The position numbers and the translations under genes are program-made. DNA of 62,934 nucleotides, the filler included, from Thermodesulfobacteriota bacterium (GTDB lineage: Bacteria; DASVDK01): the NCBI GenBank assembly GCA_036381125.1. It is 4 parts of 4 records of this genome, joined end to end, with 100 filler letters (N's around TTAATTAATTAA, not from the genome) between each part and the next. Parts side by side here need not be neighbours in the genome. Positions count along the whole stretch, not along the records: positions 34,588 to 52,922 come from DASVDK010000170.1; 3 more parts are not named here. The stretch is one strand, 5' to 3'. How positions within the stretch are numbered: position 1 is the stretch's first letter; each line of letters starts with the position of its first letter. This document shows positions 39,863 to 51,687 of the stretch, piece by piece. The notes below the pieces were generated by a model, which was given only the letters and a program-made list of their open reading frames with translations, did not search any database and was not told the DNA's origin.

Positions 39863-41404
39863 CTAGGAGGCCTCGGGTTCCGGAAGGGCGCGGTCGGCGT
39901 CGAGGGGGGAGAGGAGGGCGATGCGGTTGCGGCCGCGCGCCTTCGCCCGGTAGGCGGCCCGGTCGGCCGCCTCGACGAGCGCGTCGAGCGTCGCGCCGTC
40001 GCGCGGGTGCGAGGCGACGCCGATGGAGACCGTGAGCGGCACGCGCGCGCCGTGGTGCTCGAGGTCGATCGCCTCGACCTCGTGGCGGATTCGCTCGGCG
40101 ACCGTCGCGGCCGACTCCGGCCCGGCGTCGGGCAGGGCGAGGAGGAACTCGTCGCCGCCGTACCGCGCGGCGATGTCGCCGGCCCGGGTGGCGCTCGCGA
40201 TGATGCGGCCCACCTCGCGCAGCGCCACGTCGCCCACCATGTGGCCGCTCTCGTTGTTGATCTGGCGGAGGTTGTCCACGTCGAGCATGAGCAGCGAGAA
40301 GGGTCGGCCGGCCGCCTGCGCCCGCTCGAGCGCGGCTCCCAGGGTCTCCTGGAGGTAGCGGACGTTGAAGAGCCCGGTCAGGGGATCGGTGAGCGCCGAC
40401 CGGAGGGCCGACTGGTGCAGCTCGGCGTTCTCGAGGGCGACGGCGGTGAAGGCCGCGAGCGCCTCGAGGCTGCGCACGTCGCGCGCGCCGATCGCGCCAG
40501 CCTCCCGGCGCGCGCCGCCCTGCCGCTTCGTCACCTCGATGGCCCCGCGCACGCGGCCGGCCGCCACGAGCGGGATCGCCGCGGCCGCCGGACCGGCCGG
40601 GCCCCCGGGACCGAGGACCGGGCGGCCGGTGCGGACCGCGTCGGCGAGGAGCGACGCCTCGGCCAGCGGGCGGCTCTCGATGGTCGGGTCCCCCGCGCGA
40701 CGGACGAGCAGGCGGTCGCCCGTGACGAGCGCGATGCGCGCCTCGGCGTGGCCGAGGCGCTCGCGCACCAGGACCAGGACCCGCCCGAGGAGGACCTCCG
40801 GATCGAGGATGGCGGTGAGCTCGTGCGCCATGGAGTTGATGGCCGACAGCTCCTGGACCCGGCGGTCGTGCTCGCGGACGAGCGCCCGGCGCTCGACCTG
40901 CATCCGCACGGCCGCCAGGGCGACCGAGGCGAGGATCGCCAGGCGCAGCATCACCGACCCGGCGTCGACCGGCGGGCCGTGCAGGACGGTCGCCAGCAGG
41001 TACCCGATGGCCGCCGCCGGGCCGGCGGCGAGCGTCGCGACCGGCTCGCGCAGGGCGAGCGGCGTCAGGAACGCGGCGAGGTAGAGCGAGAAGGCCGGAC
41101 TCTCCCCGCCGCCCGTCGCGGCGACGAGGATGGAGGCGAGCGCCACGTCGAGGAGGAGGCTTGCCCAGGCGAGCGCCCGGCCGCGGCCCGGCCCCACCCA
41201 CCGGTAGGCGAGCGCCGCGATCGCGCCCGCCGACAGACCGAGCGCAAGGACCGGCACGGCGAGGTGCGAGCCGCCGGAGAGGGGGAGCGTGCCGGCAGCC
41301 AGGAGCACGCTGCCGACGCCGCGCTCGGCGAGCATCCGACGCGCACGGGCATCGAGCACTTCGGCGGCGCGGCTCGGCTGTCCTCCATCGATGACGCGAC
41401 GCAC
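39863..41404 (-). CDS. Membrane-bound GAF-GGDEF diguanylate cyclase
   Basis: About 5 TM helices, GAF domain ending ALENAELH, TDPLTGLFN, RxxD I-site (RAGD), ARYGGDEF. Confidence 0.92.
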   Translation of the reverse strand: MRRVIDGGQPSRAAEVLDARARRMLAERGVGSVLLAAGTLPLSGGSHLAVPVLALGLSAGAIAALAYRWVGPGRGRALAWASLLLDVALASILVAATGGGESPAFSLYLAAFLTPLALREPVATLAAGPAAAIGYLLATVLHGPPVDAGSVMLRLAILASVALAAVRMQVERRALVREHDRRVQELSAINSMAHELTAILDPEVLLGRVLVLVRERLGHAEARIALVTGDRLLVRRAGDPTIESRPLAEASLLADAVRTGRPVLGPGGPAGPAAAAIPLVAAGRVRGAIEVTKRQGGARREAGAIGARDVRSLEALAAFTAVALENAELHQSALRSALTDPLTGLFNVRYLQETLGAALERAQAAGRPFSLLMLDVDNLRQINNESGHMVGDVALREVGRIIASATRAGDIAARYGGDEFLLALPDAGPESAATVAERIRHEVEAIDLEHHGARVPLTVSIGVASHPRDGATLDALVEAADRAAYRAKARGRNRIALLSPLDADRALPEPEAS

Positions 41405-41591
41405 GTCGATCCCGCCCTCTCCGCTGGTCCCGCGCCTTCGACGGCAGCCCCGCGCCGGCGATTTGGCGCCTGGTGACGCAAACCGCGGAGGCCCGCTCCG
41501 GGCCCGCCTCCCCGGCGCCGTGCGAACCACCGAATCCCCGGACGCGTCGCTCGTCCTAACTCCTCGATACCACCGGCCGCGCGGGAAAAGG

Positions 41592-41607
41592 TGCAACGCG
41601 CGTGCCA
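41592..41607 (-). promoter_or_regulatory. Consensus sigma54 promoter upstream of the diguanylate cyclase
   Basis: TGGCAC-GCGCG-TTGCA. Confidence 0.75.
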
Positions 41608-41688
41608 CGGTGTGATCCCGCCCACGGGCCCCTTTGATCGGGCCCGCGGGTCGTGCTAGGCTCTGGACCTCTTGCAGTCGGACGGTGC

Positions 41689-44600
41689 ATGACGGAGTCA
41701 CGACTGAACGCGCACGGGACAGGCGCAGCCGCGCAGGTCCAGCGGTTCGCCCGGCGGGTCGCGCGGCGCCTGCGGGGGGTCGCTGCGCTCGACGGGGCCC
41801 TGACGCTCGCAACGGTCGCGTTCGCTGTCCTCCTTGCCGGCACCGCCGTCAAGCCCGCCGTCACCTTCTTCCGCTACGCTCCGGTCGTCTTCGCCGCCGT
41901 CGGTCTCTGCGCCCTCGCCTGGGGCGCCGCCCTGCTGCTGCGCGCGCTCCTCGCCCGCGTGCCGCTCGTCCGCGCCGCGCGTCTCGTCGAGACGCGACAC
42001 CCGGAGCTCAGGAGCGACCTCACCAGCGCGCTCGAGCTGGCGCGCGTCCCCGACGCGGACTTCGCGCGTTACGGCACGTCGCGCCCGCTGGTGGACGCCC
42101 TCGAGCGGAGGGCGGCCCAGGGGGTGGCGGGGCTCGACCCCGCGGCCATCGCGCCGGCCGGCCCGCTGGCCGGCCGCCTCTGGCTCCCCGCGGCGCTCGG
42201 CGCCGTCACGGCGGCCGTCGCGGTGGTGTCGCCGGCCCTCCTCGCCGACTCGGCCAGGGCGCTGGTGAACCCGCTCGCCTTCGTGCCGGCCGACACGCTG
42301 GTGCTCGACGTCTCGCCGGGTGACGCCACGGTGCTGCGCGGCTCGCCCGTCACCATCCGGGTGCGCGCGGCCGGGCGGGTGCCCGACCGGGTGGAGGTTG
42401 CGCTCTTCGCGGCCGACGCGGCTGCGCGTCCCGATCGCGAACCGCCGCCGCAGTCCCGCCTCGCCGCGCGGCCGGCCGGCGACGGCCTCTTCGTGGTCGG
42501 GCCGTTCCCGGCCGAGCGGAGCCTCGGCTATCGGGCGCAGGCCGACGGCACGGCGTCGCGGACGTTCCGCCTCACGGTCGAGGAGGCGCCGGAGGTCGGC
42601 CGGATCGTCGCTACCTACCACTATCCCGCGTATCTCGCGATGACCGACCGCACAGTCGAGGGCGGCACCGTCGAGGCCTACCGCGGCACCGAGGTCCGGC
42701 TCGCGATGACGGCGAACAAGCCGATCGCGCGCGCGCGCGTGGTCTTCGACGACGGCAGCGCGGTGCCGGTCGAGGTCGACCCGAACGGCGACGGCACGGC
42801 GCTCGCGGCAACCTTCGTCGTGACCGGCGAGGGCGGCTACCGGGTGATCCTCACCGACAGGGCCGGGTTCGACACGCCGGAGCCGATCCGGTACGAGATC
42901 CGCGTCATTCCCGACGACGCCCCGACCGCCGAGATCGCCAGTCCGGCCACCGACCTCACCGTCGACCAGGGCGACACGGTGCGCGTCGAGTGGCGCGCGA
43001 GCGACGACATCGCCCTCGGACGGGTCGACCTGGTGTTCGAGGCGGGGCAGGGGGAGCAGCGGATCGCGCTGGCACGGCCCCGGGCCGGCCAGAGGCCGAC
43101 GCGCCTCGCGGGCCGTCACGACTGGCGGCTGGGGACCCTCGGGCTCCCACCCGGCGCGCGGGTCGCGTACTACGTCGAGGCGCGCGACACCGACGTGATC
43201 TCGGGGCCCAAGACGGGCGTCTCGCAGACCTATTACCTCCAGATCCGCTCGCGCGAGCAGGACCACGAGCAGCTCAGGGCCGACCAGCGGGAGATCGCCG
43301 ATCAGCTCCTCGACGCCCTCGGCGACCAGCTCGAGCGCGAGGCGGCGGCCGAGGTCGGACGGACCGCCGAGGCGGCCGAGAAGGGGCGCGCGCTCGACGA
43401 GCGGCTCGATCGGGTCGAGCGGCAGCTCGAGGCGGCGCTGGCGCGCGCCGCCGAGGACCCGCTGGCCGACGCGACGCAGCTCTTCGACCTGAACCTGCTC
43501 AGGAGCCACCTCGGGCAGGTGCGCGAGGAGGCCGCCCGGGCCGGCACCGATCCCGCACGCCAGCCCGACGTGACCCGCGAGCTCGAGCAGCTCGCGACGT
43601 TCGCCGACGAGATCGGCAAGCGGGGCGAGATGCAGGACCTCGTCCGACGCGGGCGCGAACTCATGGAGGCGCAGACCGGCCTCCTCGACCGGCTCGAGCG
43701 GGAGAAGGGCAAGGCGCTCGACCCGAAGACGCGCGCGGAGCTCGAGCAGGCGCTCAGGGACATCGAGGCGCAACTGCGCAAGCTGGCCGAGCAGCTCGCC
43801 CGCATGCCGCAGAGCCTGCCCGACGAGTTCGTGAACAGCGAGGCGATGAACGCGCTCGAGATGCAGGACATGGCCGACGCCCTCGAGCAGCTTCGCGAGG
43901 CGATCCGCCAGGGCGACGCCGAGAAGGCCCGCGAGCTGGCGCGCCAGCTCGCCCAGCAGCTCAATCAGATGATGGCGGCGCTCGACGGCGCGCAGGGCGA
44001 GAGCCAGCAGGCCGACGCGGGCGGCCAGCAGATGGCCCGCCAGATGCAGCGGCAGCAGAACCGGCTCCAGGAGCTGGCCCGCGAGCAGCGCGACATCGTG
44101 AACCGCACCGAGGAGATCGACCGCCGGGCGGCCGACCGCCTGGCCGCGGTGCAGCAGCGCGAGTGGAGCGCCTTCGAGCAGCGAGCCCGCCAGCGGCTCG
44201 ACCAGCTCGCGGAGCGCTCCCGCGAGGCGCAGCGCCAGGCGGCGCGGCAGGGGGTGCTCGACGCGCAGCAGTACTTCCAGCAGCGCGCGCTCCAGGACGC
44301 CATCCGCGACGCCCGCGACCGGCTCGACCAGCGGCAGGCCCAGGCGCTGCGCCAGTCGCTCGAGGGGGCGCGCGATCAGCTTCGCCGCGCGCCGATGCTC
44401 CCGGAAGCCGCCGAGGAGGCGGCGGCGCTCGACCGCCTGGCCCAGGAGCTGGCGCGGCTCGGCGACGCGAGCCGCACCCTCACGGCCGACGAGCGCGAGC
44501 AGCTCCGGCAGCTCGCCGAGCGGCAGCGGTCGGTGGGGCAGGCCACGGAGCAGCTCCGGCAGGAGATGGACGACCTCGCCGCCAACCTGCCGATGCTCGG

Positions 44601-45054
44601 GCCGCAGCTCGGCCGCGCCCTGCGCGAGGCGGTGCCGTTCATGGGCGAGGCGCAGGACCGCCTGGGCGAGCGCGACGCGCGCGGCGCCGTCCCGCCCGAG
44701 CGCGAGGCGCTCAAGCGGCTCCAGCGCGCGCAGCAGGCCATGCGCAACGCGCAGCAGATGATGGCCCAGCGGGGCCAGATGCGCGGCATGAGCGCGCCGC
44801 AGATGGCCGGCCGCCAGCCGGGCGGCATGATGATGCCCGACGGGCAGGAGGGACGCGAGGGGCGGATGCCGCGCGTCGACCAGCGGATCGGCGGCCGGGC
44901 CGGGGCTTCCACCCGCGACTTCAAGCTGCCCGGCCGCGACGACTACCAGGTGCCCCGCGTCTACCGGGAGCAGGTCATCGAGGCGCTCAAGGAGCCGGTG
45001 CCCGAGGCCTATCGCCGGAAGGTGGAGCGCTACTTCAAGAACCTGACGGAATGA
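41689..45054 (+). CDS. Large DUF4175-like membrane protein (TM, Ig-like folds, long Gln-rich coiled coil)
   Basis: 3 N-terminal TM helices, YPAYL, DDAP, ASDDIAL, ARDTDVISGPK, C-terminal VPEAYRRKVERYFKNL. Confidence 0.75.
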   Translation: MTESRLNAHGTGAAAQVQRFARRVARRLRGVAALDGALTLATVAFAVLLAGTAVKPAVTFFRYAPVVFAAVGLCALAWGAALLLRALLARVPLVRAARLVETRHPELRSDLTSALELARVPDADFARYGTSRPLVDALERRAAQGVAGLDPAAIAPAGPLAGRLWLPAALGAVTAAVAVVSPALLADSARALVNPLAFVPADTLVLDVSPGDATVLRGSPVTIRVRAAGRVPDRVEVALFAADAAARPDREPPPQSRLAARPAGDGLFVVGPFPAERSLGYRAQADGTASRTFRLTVEEAPEVGRIVATYHYPAYLAMTDRTVEGGTVEAYRGTEVRLAMTANKPIARARVVFDDGSAVPVEVDPNGDGTALAATFVVTGEGGYRVILTDRAGFDTPEPIRYEIRVIPDDAPTAEIASPATDLTVDQGDTVRVEWRASDDIALGRVDLVFEAGQGEQRIALARPRAGQRPTRLAGRHDWRLGTLGLPPGARVAYYVEARDTDVISGPKTGVSQTYYLQIRSREQDHEQLRADQREIADQLLDALGDQLEREAAAEVGRTAEAAEKGRALDERLDRVERQLEAALARAAEDPLADATQLFDLNLLRSHLGQVREEAARAGTDPARQPDVTRELEQLATFADEIGKRGEMQDLVRRGRELMEAQTGLLDRLEREKGKALDPKTRAELEQALRDIEAQLRKLAEQLARMPQSLPDEFVNSEAMNALEMQDMADALEQLREAIRQGDAEKARELARQLAQQLNQMMAALDGAQGESQQADAGGQQMARQMQRQQNRLQELAREQRDIVNRTEEIDRRAADRLAAVQQREWSAFEQRARQRLDQLAERSREAQRQAARQGVLDAQQYFQQRALQDAIRDARDRLDQRQAQALRQSLEGARDQLRRAPMLPEAAEEAAALDRLAQELARLGDASRTLTADEREQLRQLAERQRSVGQATEQLRQEMDDLAANLPMLGPQLGRALREAVPFMGEAQDRLGERDARGAVPPEREALKRLQRAQQAMRNAQQMMAQRGQMRGMSAPQMAGRQPGGMMMPDGQEGREGRMPRVDQRIGGRAGASTRDFKLPGRDDYQVPRVYREQVIEALKEPVPEAYRRKVERYFKNLTE

Positions 45055-46720
45055 CGCACGCGAACCCTTGCTGCCTCGCCCTGAGCCGTCGAGCCGCGCT
45101 GCGGGCCCTTCTCGGCTTCCCGGCCCTCGTCCTCGCGCCCCGACTGGCAGCCGCCACGCAGAACCCCGGCATCGCGATCCCCCTCGACGCGGGGCGCGGC
45201 CGCGCCGGCGTGCACCAGGAGGTCATCGCCGAGGTCGACGCGCTCCTCGACCGCTGGCGCCCCGACCAGGCCCGGCAGCGGCTGGCGCCGCTCCTCGATC
45301 GGGCGCCCCGCGACCCGGCGGTGCGGGCCGCGGCCGCGCGCATCGCCTTCTACGCCGGTGACTACGCCGAGGCGGTGAAGCTGGCCGACGGCGTCTCCAC
45401 CGCGGCCGAGCTCGACTGGCTCGCGACCACGCGGGACACGGTGGCGGCGTTCGCCGCCGCCGAGAGCCGCCACTTCGTCCTGCGGCACGACCGGCGCGAC
45501 GCCATCCTCGTCGAGCCGACGCTCGAGGCGCTCGAGCGCGGCTACGAGCTGCTCGAGACGAGCTTCCGCTTCACGCCGCCGGCGGGGAAGGTTCGGGTCG
45601 AGCTCTACCCCGACGCGCGGAGCTTCTACCCCACGACCGGCCTGTCGCGCCGCGACATCGAGGCGTCGGGCGCCGTCGGGCTCTGCATCTTCAACAAGAT
45701 CATGCTCCTGTCGCCGCGCGCCCTGCTCCAGGGCTACCGGTGGCAGGACGCGGTCGTCCACGAGTACGTGCACTACGCCGTGGTGCACCTCACGGCCAAC
45801 ACGGCGCCCATCTGGGTGCACGAGGGGATCGCCAAGTACTACGAGACCCGATGGCGGGCCCCGCGATCGCTCTACCTGCAGCCGGTGCAGCGCACGCTGC
45901 TCGCCGAGGCGGTGGCGTCGGGCCGCTTCGTCGGCTTCGCCGAGATGGAGCCCTCGCTCGTGAAGCTGCCCGGGCCGCGCGAGGTGCAGCTCGCCTACGC
46001 GCAGGGGGCCTCGGCGGTGGAGTTCCTCGAGGCCGAGGCGGGGCCCGACGCCCTGCCGCGGCTCTTCGCCGCGATGGCGCAGCTGCCCAAGGCCGGCGCG
46101 GCCGTCCGCGGCATCGAGCAGCTCCTCGGCGTCCCCTTCGCGGAGTTCGAGCGGCGCTGGCGCGCCTTCGTGGCGCAGAAGGGGCTCGACCCGGTGCCCG
46201 GCATCGAGCTGCCGGCCTACCACGTGAAGGAGGGGATCCGCGCCGAAGGGGGCGAGGCGGCCGACGAGGCGCTCGAGCTGCAGCTCCTGCGCAACGCCGC
46301 CGCGCGCACCCACGCGCGGCTCGGCGACCGGCTGCGCGAGCGGGGGCGGCTCGCACCCGCCATCATGGAGTACAGGAAGGCGGTCGAGAAGGGCCCGCCG
46401 TCGGCGACGCTCCTCACGCGCCTCGGCAGCGCGCTCGCCGGCGCCGGCCGGCGCGACGAGGCGCGCGAGGCGCTCGGCCGGGTGACGAGCCTCTACCCCG
46501 ACTACCCCTCCGCCTACGTCGTGCTGGGCCGGCTCGAGCTGGCCGAGCGGCGCTACCAGGCGGCCGTCGCGGCCTTCCGCGAGGCGCTGGCCATCAACCC
46601 CTTCGACCCGACCCCGCACGCGGGGCTCGCGGTCGCCCTCCGCGCGCAGGGCCACGGCCCCGAGGCGGACGAGGCCGACCGCACCGCGCGGGCCCTCGGC
46701 TTCACCGGAGAGCTGGAACC

Positions 46721-46724
<4 letters not shown>
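45051..46724 (+). CDS. Tat-exported TPR plus peptidase MA-like (gluzincin) protein
   Basis: SRRAAL signal, HEYVH followed by WVHEGIA, TPR-like repeats at both ends. Confidence 0.8.
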
Positions 46725-47779
<1,055 letters not shown>

Positions 47780-47787
47780 GGCGGGCG

Positions 47788-48759
47788 GTGGCGTTCGCGG
47801 GGATCGGCCGAGGGAGGGCGCCGACGCGCGCCGGGGTCGACCGGCTCCGGGCCGAGGCGATGGCGCGGCTCGGCCGGCTCGAGTTCCGCGCGCGCGAGGT
47901 CGTGGAGGGGATGATCTCGGGCCGTCACCGCAGCCCCTTCCGCGGCATCTCGGTGGAGTTCTCCGAGCACCGCGAGTACGTGCCCGGCGACGAGCTCAAG
48001 CACGTCGACTGGAAGGCCTTCGGCAAGTTCGACCGGTTCTTCATCAAGGAGTACGAGGACGAGACGAACCTCCGCTGCTACCTCGTCCTCGACGCGTCGG
48101 CGTCCATGGCCTACGGCCTGCCCGACCCGGGACTGCCCGACCCCCCGCGAGGGAAGACCGCGCTGCCCAAGTTCGAGTACGCGGCGCTCCTGGCCGCCTC
48201 GCTCGCGACGCTGCTCCTCCGGCAGCAGGACGCCGTGGGGCTCCTGCCGCTCGGCGGCGAGTCGGTGAGGCCGCTGCCGGCGCGCGGCAGCCGGGCGCAG
48301 CTCACCGCCCTCGTCGCGGCGCTCGAGGCAACGGTGCCCGGCGGCCGGGCGCCGCTCCCGACCCTCGTGCCGGAGATCCTGCCGCAGATCAAGCGCCGGA
48401 GCCTCGTCTGCGTGATCTCCGACCTCCTGCCCTCGGGGGCGGACGACGAGGCGGCCTACCTGTCCGCCGTCCGGGCCATCCGCCACCGCAAGAACGAGGT
48501 GGTCGTGTTCCACGTGCTCCACCCGGCGGAGATCGACTTCCCGTTCCGCGACCTCACGACCTTCGAGGACGCCGAGAACCCCGAGTCCCGCCTCGTGGCC
48601 GACCCCGCGGCCGTCCGCGCGGAGTACCGGGCGGCGCTCGAGGCCGCCATCGCCCGCTACCGGAAGGAGTGCCTCGCCGCCGGGGTCGACTACGTGCTCT
48701 GCCGCACCGACGAGCCGGTCGACCGGGTGCTCGTCCCGTACCTCGCGATGCGAGGCTGA
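47788..48759 (+). CDS. DUF58 (vWA-like) protein
   Basis: GRHRSPFRGISVEFSEHREYVPGD, DWK, LDASASM, ISD; start could be ATG 47860. Confidence 0.92.
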   Translation: MAFAGIGRGRAPTRAGVDRLRAEAMARLGRLEFRAREVVEGMISGRHRSPFRGISVEFSEHREYVPGDELKHVDWKAFGKFDRFFIKEYEDETNLRCYLVLDASASMAYGLPDPGLPDPPRGKTALPKFEYAALLAASLATLLLRQQDAVGLLPLGGESVRPLPARGSRAQLTALVAALEATVPGGRAPLPTLVPEILPQIKRRSLVCVISDLLPSGADDEAAYLSAVRAIRHRKNEVVVFHVLHPAEIDFPFRDLTTFEDAENPESRLVADPAAVRAEYRAALEAAIARYRKECLAAGVDYVLCRTDEPVDRVLVPYLAMRG

Positions 48760-48763
48760 CGCC

Positions 48764-50905
48764 GTGGGCCTCTCGTTCCTGAACCCGTTCTACCTGCTCG
48801 GCGCCCTGGCGGCGGCGGTGCCGATCGTCATCCACCTGATCAACCGGCGCCGCGCGCCGGTCCACCGCTTCCCGGCCATGGCCTACCTGCTCGGCGCGAA
48901 GAAGCGGCGGGCCCGGCAGTTCCGGCTGCGCCACCTCGTGCTCCTCGCCCTCCGCACGGCCGCGCTCGTCCTGCTCGCCGTGGCGCTGGCGCGTCCCTTC
49001 CTCAGGGCCGAGGGCGCGGGCGCCGAGGCGGCGCTCGACCCGGCGCAGGCGGTCATCGTGGTCGACACGTCGATGAGCATGGGGCTCAAGGGGGACACCG
49101 GCGACCGCCTCGGCGCGGCCAGGCGGGCGGTGCTCGCGGCCATCGACCGGCTCGGCCCCGGCCCGCGGCTGTCGGTCGTCACGACCGACCCGGCGCCGAC
49201 GCGGCCCGACGGCTCGGTCGAGCCGGCCAAGCCGCTCACGCTCGACGTGGCCTCCGTGCGGCGCGAGATCGACGCCCTGCGGGTGGGGTACGGCGAGGCG
49301 GACTTCAAGGGGGCGCTGCTTCGCGCCTACGCCCGCCTCGCGGAGAGCCCCTGGGGCCGCCGCGAGATCATCGTCGCCACCGACCTCGCGCGCCACGGCT
49401 GGGAGCCGGTCTCGCTCCTCGCGCTCGGTCGGGTCGACCCCGGGATCGGCGTGCGGATCCTCGACGTCGGCGCGGCGAAGCCGCGCAACGTCGCGGTGGT
49501 CGGCGTGACGCCGCCGGCCGGCCCGCTGGCCGAAGGGGTCACGGCCCGGGTGACGGCGCGCATCGCCAACTTCGGCGACGAGCCGGTGCGGGGGCTCCTC
49601 GTGCAGGCGACGATCGACGGCCGAAAGGTCGACCAGCGGTTCGTCGACATCCCGGCGCGCGGCGAGGTGGAGACCGGCTTCGCGGTGCCGCTCGACCAGG
49701 CCGCGGGGGCGCCCGGCCTCCACGCGGGGACGGTGCAGGTCGGCGCCGACGCGCTCCCGCAGGACGACGTCGCCTGGTTCGCCTACGAGTCGGTCGGCAA
49801 GCTCGACGTGGTGGTCGTCGACGGCGACCCGAAGCGGACGCTGCTCGCGGCCGAGTCCTACTACCTCGCCCAGGCGCTGAACCCGGAGCGGGACGGCCAG
49901 GGGGCGCTCATCGTCCCGCGCGTCCTCACGGTGGACGAGCTGGCCCGCGCCGACCTCTCGAAGACGCGCGTGGTCTACGTCCTCAACGCGCCGACCCTGC
50001 CCGAAGGGGCCCGGCGCCGGCTCGCCGCGTTCGTGGAGCGGGGGGGCGGGCTGGTCGTCGCGGGCGGCGACCAGGTGGACCCCGCGGTCGCGACGCGGGA
50101 ACTCTACGCGTCGGGCACGCGCCTCCTGCCCGGGCCGCTCGAGGCGCCGCGGGCGCTCGGGGCCAGCGGCGCCCGCATCCGGGTCGCGGCCGCCGACCAC
50201 CCGGCGCTCGCCCCCTTCGCCGGGAGCGGCGCGCGGCTCTTCGCCTCCGCGCGCGTGCTCGCCGTGCTCCCGGTGCGGCCCCCGGCGAACGACCCGCTGG
50301 TCCGCACGCTCCTCGCCCTCGAGGACGGCACGCCGCTCCTCGTCGAGCGCCGGCAAGGGGCCGGCCGGCTCGTCTACCTCGCCACCTCGGCCGACCTCGG
50401 CTGGACCGACCTCCCGGCGCGAGCCGCCTTCGTGCCGCTCGTGCAATCCCTCACGCTCGCGCTCGGGGTCGCGGACGTCGGGCGGCCCGAGCCGGCGCAC
50501 GTCGTCGGGACGCCCCGCGAGCTGCCGGTCGAGGGGCTGGCGCCCGGGGCCGTCATCCGCGTCACCGATCCGCAGGGGACGGTCCACGCGCTGGCCGCGC
50601 CGGAGACGACGTTCGCGCGGGTGAGCCGGCCCGGCGTCTACCGCGTGGAGGCGGGAGGGAAGACCTCCGCCTTCGTCGCGGCCACGCCGCGCGCCGAGAG
50701 CGACCCGAGGCGGATCGACGAGGCGGAGCTCCTGGCCAGGCTGCCGCGCGACGCCGTGGAGATCGTCCCGGCGGTCGAGCGGCCGGAGGCCGGAGGGTCG
50801 GGCGGCCGCCCCGTCCAGGCGCGCCAGGTCGACCTGTCGTTCTACGCGCTCGCCGGCCTCCTGCTCGCGCTCGCGGCCGAAAGCCTCGTGGGGGCGCGCC
50901 GATGA
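48764..50905 (+). CDS. BatA-domain/vWA membrane protein with CARDB- and GATase-like regions
   Basis: FLNP...PIVIHLINRR...FP...LLALR...LARP, MIDAS DTSMSM, C-terminal TM. Confidence 0.88.
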   Translation: MGLSFLNPFYLLGALAAAVPIVIHLINRRRAPVHRFPAMAYLLGAKKRRARQFRLRHLVLLALRTAALVLLAVALARPFLRAEGAGAEAALDPAQAVIVVDTSMSMGLKGDTGDRLGAARRAVLAAIDRLGPGPRLSVVTTDPAPTRPDGSVEPAKPLTLDVASVRREIDALRVGYGEADFKGALLRAYARLAESPWGRREIIVATDLARHGWEPVSLLALGRVDPGIGVRILDVGAAKPRNVAVVGVTPPAGPLAEGVTARVTARIANFGDEPVRGLLVQATIDGRKVDQRFVDIPARGEVETGFAVPLDQAAGAPGLHAGTVQVGADALPQDDVAWFAYESVGKLDVVVVDGDPKRTLLAAESYYLAQALNPERDGQGALIVPRVLTVDELARADLSKTRVVYVLNAPTLPEGARRRLAAFVERGGGLVVAGGDQVDPAVATRELYASGTRLLPGPLEAPRALGASGARIRVAAADHPALAPFAGSGARLFASARVLAVLPVRPPANDPLVRTLLALEDGTPLLVERRQGAGRLVYLATSADLGWTDLPARAAFVPLVQSLTLALGVADVGRPEPAHVVGTPRELPVEGLAPGAVIRVTDPQGTVHALAAPETTFARVSRPGVYRVEAGGKTSAFVAATPRAESDPRRIDEAELLARLPRDAVEIVPAVERPEAGGSGGRPVQARQVDLSFYALAGLLLALAAESLVGARR

Positions 50906-51687
50906 TCAGCCGGCGACGGGCCCTCCTGGCGCTCCTCGCCGCCGGCTGCGCGGCGCGCATCCGCCCGGCCCACGGGCAGTCGCGAGCCGGGTCGGGCGCC
51001 TACGCCGACGGCGGCACGTCCGGCCGGGTCGTCTTCGCCCAGCTCCGCTACCGGGGAGGCGAGTGGGACCCGCGGCCGCGCGCCGCCGGCCCGATCATGG
51101 CCGAGGTGGCGCGGCGCACCAGCGTCGAGACCGCCGCGGAGCGCCGGGAGCTCACGCCGACCGACCGGGACCTCTTCTCCTACCCGTTCCTCTACATGGC
51201 GGGCCGGCGGCGGTTCGAGCCCTTCACCGACGCCGAGGTCGAGAACCTGCGACGCTACCTCGGCTTCGGCGGCCTGCTGCTCGTCGACGACGCCACCGGG
51301 GTCGTCGACAGCGAGTTCGCCCAGGCGGTCAAGACGCAGTTCGGCCGCGTCCTGCCGGGCAAGTCGTTCGAGCGGCTCCCCTCGGACCACACGGTCTTCC
51401 GCACCTTCTACCTCATCCGCACGGTGGGCGGCCGCACCGCGGCCTCGCCCTACCTCGAGGGGATCACGCTCGACGACTGGACGCCGGTGATCTTCTGCGC
51501 CAACGACCTGGGCGGCGCGTGGGAGCGTGACTTCCTCGGCAACCCGACGTACCGCTGCACGCCCGGGGGCGAGCCGCAGCGCCAGGAGGCCTTCAAGCTG
51601 GGCGTGAACATCACCCTCTACGCGGTCACCGCGAACTACAAGAAGGACCAGATCCACATCCCCTTCATCCGAGAGCGAACGTCGTGA
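50902..51687 (+). CDS. DUF4159 protein with a Tat (possibly lipoprotein) signal
   Basis: SRRRALL...AAGC, YPFLYMAG, LRRYLGFGGLLLVDD, NDLGGAW, GVNITLYAVTANYKKDQIH. Confidence 0.85.
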   Translation: MISRRRALLALLAAGCAARIRPAHGQSRAGSGAYADGGTSGRVVFAQLRYRGGEWDPRPRAAGPIMAEVARRTSVETAAERRELTPTDRDLFSYPFLYMAGRRRFEPFTDAEVENLRRYLGFGGLLLVDDATGVVDSEFAQAVKTQFGRVLPGKSFERLPSDHTVFRTFYLIRTVGGRTAASPYLEGITLDDWTPVIFCANDLGGAWERDFLGNPTYRCTPGGEPQRQEAFKLGVNITLYAVTANYKKDQIHIPFIRERTS

